A model generated the notes under the pieces. The model searched no databases. It was not told where the DNA came from and was given only the letters and a program-made list of their open reading frames with translations. This document shows, one piece after another, positions 29,825 to 39,314 of a stretch of DNA of 64,000 nucleotides. Both the position numbers and the translations under genes were made by a program. This stretch comes from Elusimicrobiota bacterium (lineage in GTDB: Bacteria; Elusimicrobiota; Elusimicrobia; F11). The stretch's first letter is position 1. Every line of letters starts with the position of its first letter. The stretch is from NCBI GenBank assembly GCA_046153645.1, contig JBJXGI010000053.1, positions 1 through 64,000 on the forward strand, in the 5' to 3' direction.

Positions 29825-30885
29825 AAAATTTCTTTATTTAACAATTCGATCTTTAGCTGTGCCTCTTGATGAGGAGCTACCACCTCAACTCGAGCTCGAT
29901 AAAATTTCCCTAACACTTCTTGAACTCCATTCAGTTTAACAAAGCTTGATATTTCATTGGTTAACATCATTTTTTCTTTATCAAGTTCATCCAATCGATC
30001 TAGTAATTTGCCTAACCGATCAACAGACTCTTTAATACCCGCATCGCTTACGGCGCCAACTGGCTTTTTCTTACCAGAAAAAGCCGGGCAAATTTGAACA
30101 TAATCACACCACTGACAATGCCCCAAAGAATCAGGTTTCGGATCAAACTTAGCTTCTGTTATTCCCTTGGCAACCTCAACAACCGTTGTTTTAATTTGTG
30201 CCTCTTGCGCCTTAGAATGGGCGGGAACAATCAATGGCGTCAATGAATTAAGATGGTACAACCCCACCGATTCAACCTCGCGCCCTAAAACTTGAGTCAC
30301 CGCCATCTGATATAGCGTTAATTGCGGATCAATTCTAACACGCGACTTATCAAAAGCTTTTCCTGTTTTGTAATCTAAAATAGATAATTTTTTATTGGGC
30401 AATTCATCGATCCGATCAATAAAACCGGTGACAGGGACACCTTCAATATCAACCGTAAAATTAAGTTCCACTTGTAAAACTTTCTTGAGATCATCTTTGT
30501 GTTTGATATAAAAACCACGAAGGATACGTTCTCCCTCCTGGAAAAACCACCGTTCTTGCGAAGCGGTTTCATATCCTTCTCGAATCCAGGTATTTTTATA
30601 ATATTCTAAAACCGCTTCAATGGGAGGAATCAATGCGGACGTCTTTTCAAATAAAAACTCGAGCCCCCCATGAACGCTTTTGCCAAAAGAAAAAAATGAC
30701 TTAGGTTTTTCTGGTGTTTTATCAATATAGCGAAATTTCCATCGCTGAGGACACGTCTTATACATACTCATGGAGGAATGAGACAAAGCGCGCCCTTTAT
30801 ACCAACTTTCTATTTTAGGAGCTACCGGAGCCGGAGATACTTTTTTCTCTTCAGCACCGAACCCGTCAAAACTTAACTGACTCAC
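29821..30885 (-). CDS. PD-(D/E)XK nuclease (RecB/AddB/Cas4-like, four-Cys staple)
   Basis: LSHS..Y..CP, G.SVH..LE, E..F..GFIDRID, ILDYKTGK, QL..Y, CQWCDYVQICP. Confidence 0.88.
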   Translation of the reverse strand: MSQLSFDGFGAEEKKVSPAPVAPKIESWYKGRALSHSSMSMYKTCPQRWKFRYIDKTPEKPKSFFSFGKSVHGGLEFLFEKTSALIPPIEAVLEYYKNTWIREGYETASQERWFFQEGERILRGFYIKHKDDLKKVLQVELNFTVDIEGVPVTGFIDRIDELPNKKLSILDYKTGKAFDKSRVRIDPQLTLYQMAVTQVLGREVESVGLYHLNSLTPLIVPAHSKAQEAQIKTTVVEVAKGITEAKFDPKPDSLGHCQWCDYVQICPAFSGKKKPVGAVSDAGIKESVDRLGKLLDRLDELDKEKMMLTNEISSFVKLNGVQEVLGKFYRARVEVVAPHQEAQLKIELLNKEIL

Positions 30886-31757
30886 TTGGTTTCCTCAAAC
30901 TGAAATGATGGAAGTGGTGCTGGTTGAAACATAATGAGTTCCATGACAGATTTTTCACTCCCACCTGAACTGGCCACAGCTGTTAATACGCGTCCCACGC
31001 CTGGGGCATAAGATTCCAAAGTAAAACCTGATATTCCTTCGATACTAGATTTAACCTGAATACATTTTTCAAAAATTCCCGCCGCCACCGAGACTTTTTG
31101 ATTTGTATTCATTATTTCATAAGAAAATAAACGCTTTCCTTGTTTGGTTTTCCATTTTGTTCCCACCTCAAGCGGCCACATGAGGATTGTTTTTCCCGCA
31201 ACATCCTCATCCGATTGAAATTCCAGCAGTTCTGAATCGGTTTTTTGGTATTTAAACGATAATGTTTTAAATTTAGAAGTTCCCCCATAATAAGTTTTAT
31301 CTATCATGGCCAGAGTGAGAAAAGAATCAGGAGTCGTGGAAATAGGTTTTATCACCAAATCAACCCGGGCATTTTTCCCCGCCGTTTCAGAATCACCCTC
31401 GGACCAGGACGCGCCAGGCACCAATGGAAAGTAATCGGGACAATTATTTCTCTGAAGATGAGCCAAACGAGCCCAAGGAACGGAGTCAGGATATTTTTGT
31501 AAAACCGCCTCATAAAAAGGTTTTGCAACGTCACAATCCACGAGCTCTTTTTGACCAATCCAACCGGCATGAAACAGGGCTTCTGGTGCTTTTTTATGAT
31601 TGGGATATTTTCCTGAAAATTCCTGGTACGCTTGCCAGGCTTTATAATATTTCCCTTTTGTCTCAAGTTTTTGAGCCCGCTTAAAATCATAAGAAGGCCC
31701 ACATCCAAAAGAAAAAACCATCAAGAAAAGAAGTGATTTATTGTTTATTTTTTCCAT
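30882..31757 (-). CDS. Putative lipoprotein with N-terminal TPR and C-terminal beta domain
   Basis: Lipobox-like FSFGC, TPR ending YP...APEAL, V.V.AG.F..C and YAPGVGRV motifs. Confidence 0.65.
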   Translation of the reverse strand: MEKINNKSLLFLMVFSFGCGPSYDFKRAQKLETKGKYYKAWQAYQEFSGKYPNHKKAPEALFHAGWIGQKELVDCDVAKPFYEAVLQKYPDSVPWARLAHLQRNNCPDYFPLVPGASWSEGDSETAGKNARVDLVIKPISTTPDSFLTLAMIDKTYYGGTSKFKTLSFKYQKTDSELLEFQSDEDVAGKTILMWPLEVGTKWKTKQGKRLFSYEIMNTNQKVSVAAGIFEKCIQVKSSIEGISGFTLESYAPGVGRVLTAVASSGGSEKSVMELIMFQPAPLPSFQFEETK

Positions 31758-32125
31758 CGTCTTTGATTATGATAAATCCAAATAAAGATAAGCATAAGAA
31801 TTATTCCCACGGAATCAAAAAGAACATCAGACAATGATGGCCCACGCCCGGGGACAAAAGCTTGATGCCATTCATCAGCAAAAGCATATAACAAAGAGGA
31901 GAGGAAACTATAGAAATAAATCCTTTTAGATTGTATAGGAAACACAGTTATTTTTAAGGCTCGATAAATGAATCCTGTTAAAACAAAAAACTCAAAAACA
32001 TGAGCCCCTTTTCTTAAGTAAAAATCCCAATTTCCTAATCCGCTATTAAGACTCGGGATGCTTGAAAACCAAAAAATAAGACCGGCCCAACAAAAAACGG
32101 GCAACCAAGCTAGAATCAATATCAC
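31745..32125 (-). CDS. VanZ family protein
   Basis: RKGAHVFEF, YAFADEWHQAFVPGR..S..D; GTG at 32125 overlaps the upstream stop. Confidence 0.88.
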   Translation of the reverse strand: MILILAWLPVFCWAGLIFWFSSIPSLNSGLGNWDFYLRKGAHVFEFFVLTGFIYRALKITVFPIQSKRIYFYSFLSSLLYAFADEWHQAFVPGRGPSLSDVLFDSVGIILMLIFIWIYHNQRRWKK

Positions 32126-33756
32126 GATTTTGGAACTCCTACAACTTCGAACAAATGAAATCTTTCCCAAGGACTATTCGAAAACGTAAAAGGAAGCGCG
32201 CCCCACACAGAGGCATAAAATCCAGCCGATCCTTTCATATCCATTACTTTAATTGGAAAACGCGTATCATAACTGAAGACTTTCAATCGTTTAAGCGTTA
32301 ATCCCTTTTTAAAAAAAGAAATGAAAGGCATCGTTATTTCTTTTACCAAAACCTGATCCCCCACTTGAAATGATGTGTTTTCGAAACAAGGAGACCATCC
32401 TTCTTTTTTTAAATAACTAACAGTAAAAGAATCCCCCGTATAAAATGAGCGCGGGCCTGGAACGATCCCCTCAGTTTTTAAATCATGAATCAAACTCCTA
32501 GACGTATTGGCTTGCTTATAATCAGCATAGGCTAAACTGCCAGTCACCACAAAAGATATGATGACCAAAACAAGAAAACATCTTCTACGCGCGTATAAAT
32601 CAAAATTGATTTCAATCATCCGAACCACTAAAAAAACCACTGCCGGAACAACCAACACATAATATCTTCCAGCGACCCATCCCATCACAACAAGCATCAT
32701 AAGAATAAAAAGGACCAACCAAACAATTAAAAATAAATCCTTCGGAAAAATAAAATTCTTTCGTTCCATCCACAACCTTATCGAGAAAAGAAGACTGGAC
32801 ACCGCCCATATTGAAAGCAGAAAAGATTGAACATAATTAAACCCACCCAAAGAGCTAGAGGAAAAAACCGCACACAAAAAAACAATCAAAGACCACATTA
32901 ATATTTTTTTACCAGAGAAAAACCGCCATACGACAAGCGGCACCAAAGTAACACCAGAAAGAAATACAAAAAAAACAAGAATTTTAACCCATCCATAGAC
33001 TTGCACCATTCGTCCAGATGCCGCGAATATATGAGGAGCTCCGTATAATTTATAAGTCCAATAATTGTAAGCCGTTAAAATACCCAGACCCAATATCCAT
33101 GAGACAAAAAGAATCGATGGTCTTCGAATATTTTTATATTTAAATAAAAACCAAACAAAAGTGAGCGGAAAGATAAGAGTCGCCGGATATTTAGAAAGTG
33201 TTGCCAACCCCATAAAAAATCCGCTGACCAAAGAGAGCCACAAAGAATCTTTTTCAATACTGAGGATAAAAAAACTTAATGCTCCTAAAAAAAAGAAGCC
33301 GGCTGTTGAATCAATTAACAAACTATAAGAAGAAAGCCAAAAGGCTGGAGTTAACAAACAAAGAACCGTAGCCCATACTGGAAACGAAGTGAGCCTACGC
33401 GCCAACATGAGAATAAACAACGCGGAAAAACAGTTCAAAAAAACACATCCCAATCGTAAAAACCATTCTTTTTCACCTCCCAATTTGAGCAGAAAAGCAA
33501 GGTAGTAATGATGTGCCAAGGGATTGACCATTCGAACAAAACCATTTTCTTCCCACCCTCTTGTTTGTGGGCCAGCATCATCAGCTGTAAAGTGATAGGG
33601 AAGAGAGGGGTGATCTTTTAACCAGGTAGCAATTTCGACAAAATAACTATCATCGACAAAATATGCTCTATTTAAAAAAGGAGCCGCCAAAAAAAAAGGC
33701 AGTAGAAAAATAAAAAAATATACAAATTGTTTTTTTCTAGGTTCTGAAATGGACAT
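32122..33756 (-). CDS. GT-C fold glycosyltransferase (ArnT/PMT_2, family 39-like)
   Basis: DD after TM1, NP motif, GLATLSKY, multiple TM helices, RY motif. Confidence 0.75.
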   Translation of the reverse strand: MSISEPRKKQFVYFFIFLLPFFLAAPFLNRAYFVDDSYFVEIATWLKDHPSLPYHFTADDAGPQTRGWEENGFVRMVNPLAHHYYLAFLLKLGGEKEWFLRLGCVFLNCFSALFILMLARRLTSFPVWATVLCLLTPAFWLSSYSLLIDSTAGFFFLGALSFFILSIEKDSLWLSLVSGFFMGLATLSKYPATLIFPLTFVWFLFKYKNIRRPSILFVSWILGLGILTAYNYWTYKLYGAPHIFAASGRMVQVYGWVKILVFFVFLSGVTLVPLVVWRFFSGKKILMWSLIVFLCAVFSSSSLGGFNYVQSFLLSIWAVSSLLFSIRLWMERKNFIFPKDLFLIVWLVLFILMMLVVMGWVAGRYYVLVVPAVVFLVVRMIEINFDLYARRRCFLVLVIISFVVTGSLAYADYKQANTSRSLIHDLKTEGIVPGPRSFYTGDSFTVSYLKKEGWSPCFENTSFQVGDQVLVKEITMPFISFFKKGLTLKRLKVFSYDTRFPIKVMDMKGSAGFYASVWGALPFTFSNSPWERFHLFEVVGVPKS

Positions 33757-34540
33757 GAAATTTATGACCCGCTTTTAATTGAAAAAAATTTGCCGCATGC
33801 CCATTCCTCAAGGCGATCTCAAGAAATCCACTTGAACCAACAACGATTAAAGGTTTGCCTTCTTCAACACTGGAATAAGTTTGAGAAACTCCACGAATGG
33901 TATTTTTATCAGCTATTTCAAACCATATTTTTGAGTTCTCAGAAAAATCTTTTAACTCAGAAGCTTTTAAATTTGTAACCAAATTACCGAAATGATCAAC
34001 CAATAAAACTTCTGCAACCCATCGGGACCCTGCTTTTAAAACAGGCGGAAAAGGAATCGTCTCCCATTGTGATATAGAACGTCCCAACGTATTGATAGCC
34101 TCACCTTTTAAGAGTTTTGCCACAAAAGGAGCCATAATATCTCGTCCATGGAAAGTGGCGCTGATCGGATAAGAAGAAATCATATCTGGTATTAATTCCA
34201 TGACAAATGTAGGGCGATCATTTTTAAACACCCAACTTAAAAGACCATTGTCTGGCCCTACAAAAACCCTGTTGGCCGCCTCCGCGCAAATTATTTTTCG
34301 ATTGGATCCAACCCCAGGGTCAACAACGGCTAAGAAAATAGATTTTTCAGGAAAAAAACCATACGTCTCCATTAATTGAAAAGCCCCAAAACGAACGTCC
34401 TGAGGAGGAACATCATGTGAGATATCAACAATCTGGACATCAGGATCAGCGGAGAGAAGAATTCCTTTCATCGTTCCAATAAAATGATCCGCTAATCCAA
34501 AATCACTTAACAAACAAACAATTGGAGTGGAAGACCCCAC
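33737..34540 (-). CDS. SAM hydrolase / SAM-dependent halogenase family (DUF62)
   Basis: LSDFG..D, VVDPGVGS.R, GPDNG, TFHGRDI, DHFGN. Confidence 0.92.
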   Translation of the reverse strand: MGSSTPIVCLLSDFGLADHFIGTMKGILLSADPDVQIVDISHDVPPQDVRFGAFQLMETYGFFPEKSIFLAVVDPGVGSNRKIICAEAANRVFVGPDNGLLSWVFKNDRPTFVMELIPDMISSYPISATFHGRDIMAPFVAKLLKGEAINTLGRSISQWETIPFPPVLKAGSRWVAEVLLVDHFGNLVTNLKASELKDFSENSKIWFEIADKNTIRGVSQTYSSVEEGKPLIVVGSSGFLEIALRNGHAANFFQLKAGHKFHVHFRT

Positions 34541-34541
34541 C

Positions 34542-35237
34542 TTATCTCATCCCCCAAATCTTATGCTGCTGCGTCATGACAAAGACTTTTTCTAAATATT
34601 GTTTTGAAATAGAAAACGCACGCGCAATAAATTCAGCTGTTGCAGGTTCAATATCTGGAAATTGGGCGGTGGCTGGCTGTAAAATAAGAAGTGGAGAAAC
34701 AGGCGTTTTTTTAATGATATTCACGGCCTGTTCTACTTCTTGCAAAAGTGATTTTTTCTCTAAAACCACCTTTACAAAAGCTTTTTCACCGGCCACTTTT
34801 AAAAATTTCTCATGCTGCTCCCAGTGATCCTCATGGGTCGCACTGGGTAATTTCATATCCATAGAAATAACATTCACATAGGAGTAAATAGCTTCAAGCG
34901 CATCGACATGGATTCCCGCCGTTTCTAAATAAATCTTAAATCCCTGCTCTTTCAATAAAGGCAGCAATTCTTTAAGGAAAACAATATGCGTCAACGGCTC
35001 GCCTCCGGTCATGCTCACCGTTTTTATCCCTGTTTTAACGGAGACTCTCTTAATCTCAAGAAAAACTTCTTCAACAGACATTCGCGAATGTCCAGAGACG
35101 GTTAAACTTTCGGGAGTATCACAATAATTGCATCTTAAAGGACAACCAGCCAACCGGGTAAAAATTTGGCGCTCTCCCGTAAATGGACCCTCTCCTTGAA
35201 TCGAAGCATATATTTCACTGACAAAAGTTGTCGTCAT
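34542..35237 (-). CDS. queE: 7-carboxy-7-deazaguanine synthase (radical SAM)
   Basis: SIQGEG, CPLRCNYCDT, TGGEP; adjacent to queC. Confidence 0.92.
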   Translation of the reverse strand: MTTTFVSEIYASIQGEGPFTGERQIFTRLAGCPLRCNYCDTPESLTVSGHSRMSVEEVFLEIKRVSVKTGIKTVSMTGGEPLTHIVFLKELLPLLKEQGFKIYLETAGIHVDALEAIYSYVNVISMDMKLPSATHEDHWEQHEKFLKVAGEKAFVKVVLEKKSLLQEVEQAVNIIKKTPVSPLLILQPATAQFPDIEPATAEFIARAFSISKQYLEKVFVMTQQHKIWGMR

Positions 35238-35905
35238 AAAAGACCCGCTTCCTGCAATCCTTTATTTCTAAACAAACAAGAATCACAAAGACCACAAGGT
35301 TTTTTGTCACCTTTATAACAAGACCAAGTTTTTTCAATTGGCATTTTCAACTTAACACCCAGACGAATAATATCCGCCTTTGATAATTTAAGCAGTGGCG
35401 CTACAATTTTAATTTTGATCTTTTTCTCTGTCCCTAAACGAGAACCCAAATTTGCTACCGATTCAAAAGATTGAATATATTTGGGTCGACAATCAGGGTA
35501 TCCCGAATAATCCACAGCATTAGCACCAATAACGATTTTAGATGCATTGATTTGATCCGCCCAAGAAAGAGCAAAACTCAAAAAAATCGTATTTCTAGCA
35601 GGGACATAAGTCGACGGCAAATGTGTCGTTGTTATTTTTTTAAGCGTCTGATGATGAGGAAGCTTTTCTTGAGCATTTGTCAAAGAAGACCCACTCCAAG
35701 GAAGAGCAAAACGAACAACATGCAACGGAACATTGGTAAGCCGAGCTAATTTTTTGGCACTTTTTAATTCTTTGTTATGTCTTTGACCATAGTCGAAACT
35801 GAGCGCGTGACAATCCCATCCCCGTTTTTTAGCCCACCACAAACAAACAGCACTATCAAGACCACCCGACAACAAAACAACAGCTTTGTTTTTTCTAATA
35901 CTCAT
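35234..35905 (-). CDS. queC: 7-cyano-7-deazaguanine synthase
   Basis: SGGLDS, DYGQRH, TYVPARN, YPDCR, SCY..PCGLCDSC. Confidence 0.96.
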   Translation of the reverse strand: MSIRKNKAVVLLSGGLDSAVCLWWAKKRGWDCHALSFDYGQRHNKELKSAKKLARLTNVPLHVVRFALPWSGSSLTNAQEKLPHHQTLKKITTTHLPSTYVPARNTIFLSFALSWADQINASKIVIGANAVDYSGYPDCRPKYIQSFESVANLGSRLGTEKKIKIKIVAPLLKLSKADIIRLGVKLKMPIEKTWSCYKGDKKPCGLCDSCLFRNKGLQEAGLL

Positions 35906-35909
35906 AAAA

Positions 35910-36716
35910 TTAAAGATTTTCGAGAGAAAACCGGCGTGTGGAAATCGTATCGGTATTTAAAAATTGTTTGGCTAATTTTGAGAACCCCTTTGGATTATCG
36001 CTAACAAAATACTCGATTTTTCCTTTTTTAGAATTGGAATTTAAAATACGCATTTTTTCTAACTTCCGACGAACTTCTTTGGCTGTTTCTTCGGCAGAAT
36101 CAATTAACTTTATGCGGGGGCCTGATATTTTTTGCAACATCGGTTTCAACAATGGATAATGCGTACAGCCTAAAACCAGCGTATCAATTTTATGTTTTAA
36201 TATTTCTTTAAGATAAGTTTTTCCAATATTTTCTGTTATTGAATCGGTGAGCCACCCTTCTTCAACGAGAGGAACAAACAAAGGACAAGCCTGTTCCCAT
36301 ACATGCGCTTTCGGTGAATAGTGTCGAATATTTTTTAGATAGGCATGACTACCAACTGTAGCGGAAGTTCCAATAACACCGATTTTCAAATGTGCGCTTG
36401 CTAAAGCGGCAGCCCGAGCCCCGGGCTCGATAACCCCTAAAACGGGGATGGGAAGGTTTTTTAATGATTTAAGCGCCAAAGAACTCGCCGTATTACACGC
36501 GACAACAATTAACTTAACTCGCTTTTGCATAAGAAAAAACGCAATTTGCAAAGCGTAACGACGAATGGTTTCCGGCGATTTGTTTCCATAAGGCACTCGA
36601 GCCGTATCACCGACATAAATCATATCTTCAGAAGGCAAAAGTTTGGCAATTTCTTTTATTACTGTTAAACCACCCAATCCAGAATCAAATACGCCAATAG
36701 GCAACTGGGAACTCAT
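35910..36716 (-). CDS. murI: Glutamate racemase
   Basis: FDSGLGG, PYG, ACNTA, LGCTHY. Confidence 0.96.
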   Translation of the reverse strand: MSSQLPIGVFDSGLGGLTVIKEIAKLLPSEDMIYVGDTARVPYGNKSPETIRRYALQIAFFLMQKRVKLIVVACNTASSLALKSLKNLPIPVLGVIEPGARAAALASAHLKIGVIGTSATVGSHAYLKNIRHYSPKAHVWEQACPLFVPLVEEGWLTDSITENIGKTYLKEILKHKIDTLVLGCTHYPLLKPMLQKISGPRIKLIDSAEETAKEVRRKLEKMRILNSNSKKGKIEYFVSDNPKGFSKLAKQFLNTDTISTRRFSLENL

Positions 36717-38092
36717 TTTTTCTCCACACGTTTAAGATAGGCCATAATACCAGCCCGAATTCCATTCGCCAACTGATTTCGATAACGAGAAGATCTCAAT
36801 TTAAGCTCAGAAAGAGGGTGCGATAAATATTCTAACTCAATCAGGACGCTTGGCATTTGCGCCCCTCTTAACACAAAAAAATCAGCCTCTTTCACGTCTG
36901 CCATTTCAACTTTAGACACATTCTTAATATTTCTAACGATAATTGACGCTATTTCAGATGATTCGTTTAAAAAGTTATTTATTGCCATGGAAGAAAGTAA
37001 CCAATCCAGTTTATTTGACCCCTTTGCTTGCCCATGTGTTTCTAAATCAACAACAGAATTCTCTAAACGAGCCACAGATTGAGCGGCTTTGTCTGTTGCG
37101 TCTGTGGATAAAAAATAAACTTCAAAACCAGAATTCTTAGGTGACAAAGAAGAATTACAATGAATAGAAATAAACAAGTCCGCATGCGCTTGATTTGCTG
37201 CCCGGGTTCGTTCCCCTAACGGGATAAACTTGTCATTTCTTCGAGTCATCATCACCTTGATGCCATCTTCTTTTTTAAATAGTTTTTCCAATAGTTTCGC
37301 CATTTCCAGATTAATATCTTTTTCTAATGTTCCTCTCGTACCGATGGCGCCAGAGTCTAACCCTCCATGTCCGGCATCAATGACAATAATCCGTTCTCGT
37401 TTCGAAGGCTGATTGCGAATTCGCTCTTGAGCTGACTTTAATGGAACAACCTTGCGCGGCATTTCTTCTTTGGGTTTAGTTTTTACATTTTCTATGGGGG
37501 GCACAGGTTTTGGTGTTATAACCGGAGGCATAACAGGAGAAGTTGGAATTTTATTAATAACCTTCACTTCTTTTTTAACGACCCCTTCTTTTTTTACATA
37601 CTCATTTTTCTTGTTCACAGGAGGCACTTCGCGCTTCATAACAGGAATGGGTTTTGTTTCGACATTCTTCGTGGGAACAATTCTATAGGGGACGTCGATC
37701 ACGAGAACCCTTCGACCATTTTCATAAAACACATCGGTTGAGAGGGCACGTTCCCCAGTATAAATATCCATATCAATGGAATGTTTTTTTTGACGGATAC
37801 GAATTTCTTTAATGACTCGGTCTCCCTCTAAGATTTGAGATCCATTCGAGGTGGTATTTAAAAAACGCAACCACACACGTTTATCACTTTTCTCTAAAAG
37901 GGCATGGTCTAAATTATCAATCAAAGGAACTCTGATTTGGTAACGATCGGGCAATTTTTCAACTTTGGGTGTTTTCAAGAAAAATGGGGATAAAGGAAAA
38001 CGAGTGGCAGGCAATTCAGAAAAAGCCAGTTGAGAGTGAGTAAACATCAACGCAACAATCAAAAACAGACGGGTCAAAAAACGCGAATTCAT
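36713..38092 (-). CDS. N-acetylmuramoyl-L-alanine amidase (Amidase_3)
   Basis: IDAGHGG.D.GA, EK, SIHCN, VL....MPSVLIE; signal peptide from Met at 38092 (ORF extends to 38149). Confidence 0.92.
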   Translation of the reverse strand: MNSRFLTRLFLIVALMFTHSQLAFSELPATRFPLSPFFLKTPKVEKLPDRYQIRVPLIDNLDHALLEKSDKRVWLRFLNTTSNGSQILEGDRVIKEIRIRQKKHSIDMDIYTGERALSTDVFYENGRRVLVIDVPYRIVPTKNVETKPIPVMKREVPPVNKKNEYVKKEGVVKKEVKVINKIPTSPVMPPVITPKPVPPIENVKTKPKEEMPRKVVPLKSAQERIRNQPSKRERIIVIDAGHGGLDSGAIGTRGTLEKDINLEMAKLLEKLFKKEDGIKVMMTRRNDKFIPLGERTRAANQAHADLFISIHCNSSLSPKNSGFEVYFLSTDATDKAAQSVARLENSVVDLETHGQAKGSNKLDWLLSSMAINNFLNESSEIASIIVRNIKNVSKVEMADVKEADFFVLRGAQMPSVLIELEYLSHPLSELKLRSSRYRNQLANGIRAGIMAYLKRVEKK

Positions 38093-38108
38093 GAATGCAG
38101 TTTTAATC

Positions 38109-38708
38109 TTACTGATGCTCGAGTTCAGTATTCCAGTAAACATTATCAATAAATCTTTGCCATGAAGCCTTTACTTTGAGACCGGGTCTAAAACATAAAG
38201 CGGCAGCGCCAGTCCATTCTGGCTTGGTTGCCTGAACCAGTAATTTCATTCCGGCTTCATCTGGCAAACGACTTCCTTTCTTTAAATTACAAGGAATACA
38301 CGTGGTGACAACATTTGACCAATCTGTTTTCCCTCCACGAGAACGAGGAATAACGTGTTCCAAGTTTAAATCAATGGTTGTAAATTTATGGCCACAATAG
38401 GCGCACTTATAATTGTAATGCTCATAAATATTTCGCCTTGTGAATTTCACTTCAGATTTAGGTAACCCATCAAAATGGCGAAGAGTGACAACATCAGGAA
38501 TGGCAATTTTAAATGAAGGGGTTTGGATAAATCCGGTTTTATCATCTGCCATTAAAGAGGAAATTTCACGCCAGTCTTCGAAGGTATAAGTTCGATATTC
38601 CTCATCAACAACTCGCGCATGATCTAAATAAATTAGACTTAACGCGCGACGCCAAGAAATGATTTGAACCGCGAAAAAGCTGCGGTTAAGAACCAACACA
38701 TCACTCAT
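38109..38708 (-). CDS. HNH endonuclease (McrA-like)
   Basis: VLVLN, CAYCG, EHVIPRSRGG..W.NVVT.C..CN..K. Confidence 0.9.
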   Translation of the reverse strand: MSDVLVLNRSFFAVQIISWRRALSLIYLDHARVVDEEYRTYTFEDWREISSLMADDKTGFIQTPSFKIAIPDVVTLRHFDGLPKSEVKFTRRNIYEHYNYKCAYCGHKFTTIDLNLEHVIPRSRGGKTDWSNVVTTCIPCNLKKGSRLPDEAGMKLLVQATKPEWTGAAALCFRPGLKVKASWQRFIDNVYWNTELEHQ

Positions 38709-38732
38709 AATATCCCTTACAAGGGAACGGGG

Positions 38733-38972
38733 TCAGCTCTCGAGGGTGTCTCTTGTTACTGGCTCAACCTTTAACCCTTGGTCTTTTAACCATTGAATGG
38801 CTTGAGAAAGTACTTTTTCTTCTCCCTCAAGTTCCAAAACGATTTCACCGATTTTTTCTGTAATTCGCGCGCGTCTTAAATTAAAAACCACGTCGTATTT
38901 TTCAGTCATTTTATGAATGACCGGTTCTTTAATCAGATTTTGCGGAAATGTGAGTTGAAGTGCTTGTTTCAT
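38733..38972 (-). CDS. Stand-alone NIL domain protein
   Basis: LTFP....EPVI......VVFNL.RA.I....G...LELEG pattern. Confidence 0.85.
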   Translation of the reverse strand: MKQALQLTFPQNLIKEPVIHKMTEKYDVVFNLRRARITEKIGEIVLELEGEEKVLSQAIQWLKDQGLKVEPVTRDTLES

Positions 38973-39015
38973 AGATCAAGTATGCTTCTAAAACGAGCTG
39001 GTTTCAATGCGAGAA

Positions 39016-39294
39016 TTAACAACCGCCGGCAATCGCGGGGATAATGGAAACTTCAGCCCCTTCTTCAACCTTCGTATTGGGTCCATCTTTGAATCGAATA
39101 TCTTCGCCATTAACAAAAATATTCACAAACCGACGAATTTGACCTGACTCATCACAAATTCTTTCTTTGAGCCCCGGATAACTCTTTTCGAGACCGGCCA
39201 ATAATTCTTGGACTGTTTTGCCTTGAATTTCAACAACGGCTTGGTCCTGGGTTAATTTTCTTAAAGGGGCTGGAATTCGTACTTTAGCGGGCAT
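39016..39294 (-). CDS. MoaD/ThiS/CysO-like sulfur carrier protein
   Basis: RRFVNIFVNGEDIR and a C-terminus IIPAIAGGC (GG plus one extra residue). Confidence 0.92.
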   Translation of the reverse strand: MPAKVRIPAPLRKLTQDQAVVEIQGKTVQELLAGLEKSYPGLKERICDESGQIRRFVNIFVNGEDIRFKDGPNTKVEEGAEVSIIPAIAGGC

Positions 39295-39314
39295 GGGATT
39301 CTCCTTGTTTCAAA

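Noticed and set aside
33737..34540. Fluorinase/chlorinase natural-product gene
   Set aside because: The housekeeping context and TFHGRD motif fit the widespread DUF62 SAM hydrolases; no biosynthetic cluster is nearby.
34542..35905. queC/queE as a Dpd or Qat-type defence or DNA-modification system
   Set aside because: Both are canonical in length and motifs, sit among housekeeping genes, and have no dpdA/tgt paralog or qat partners nearby.
38109..38708. HNH gene as a homing endonuclease or mobile intron
   Set aside because: It is a free-standing member of a common McrA-like family; no interrupted host gene or intron structure is visible.
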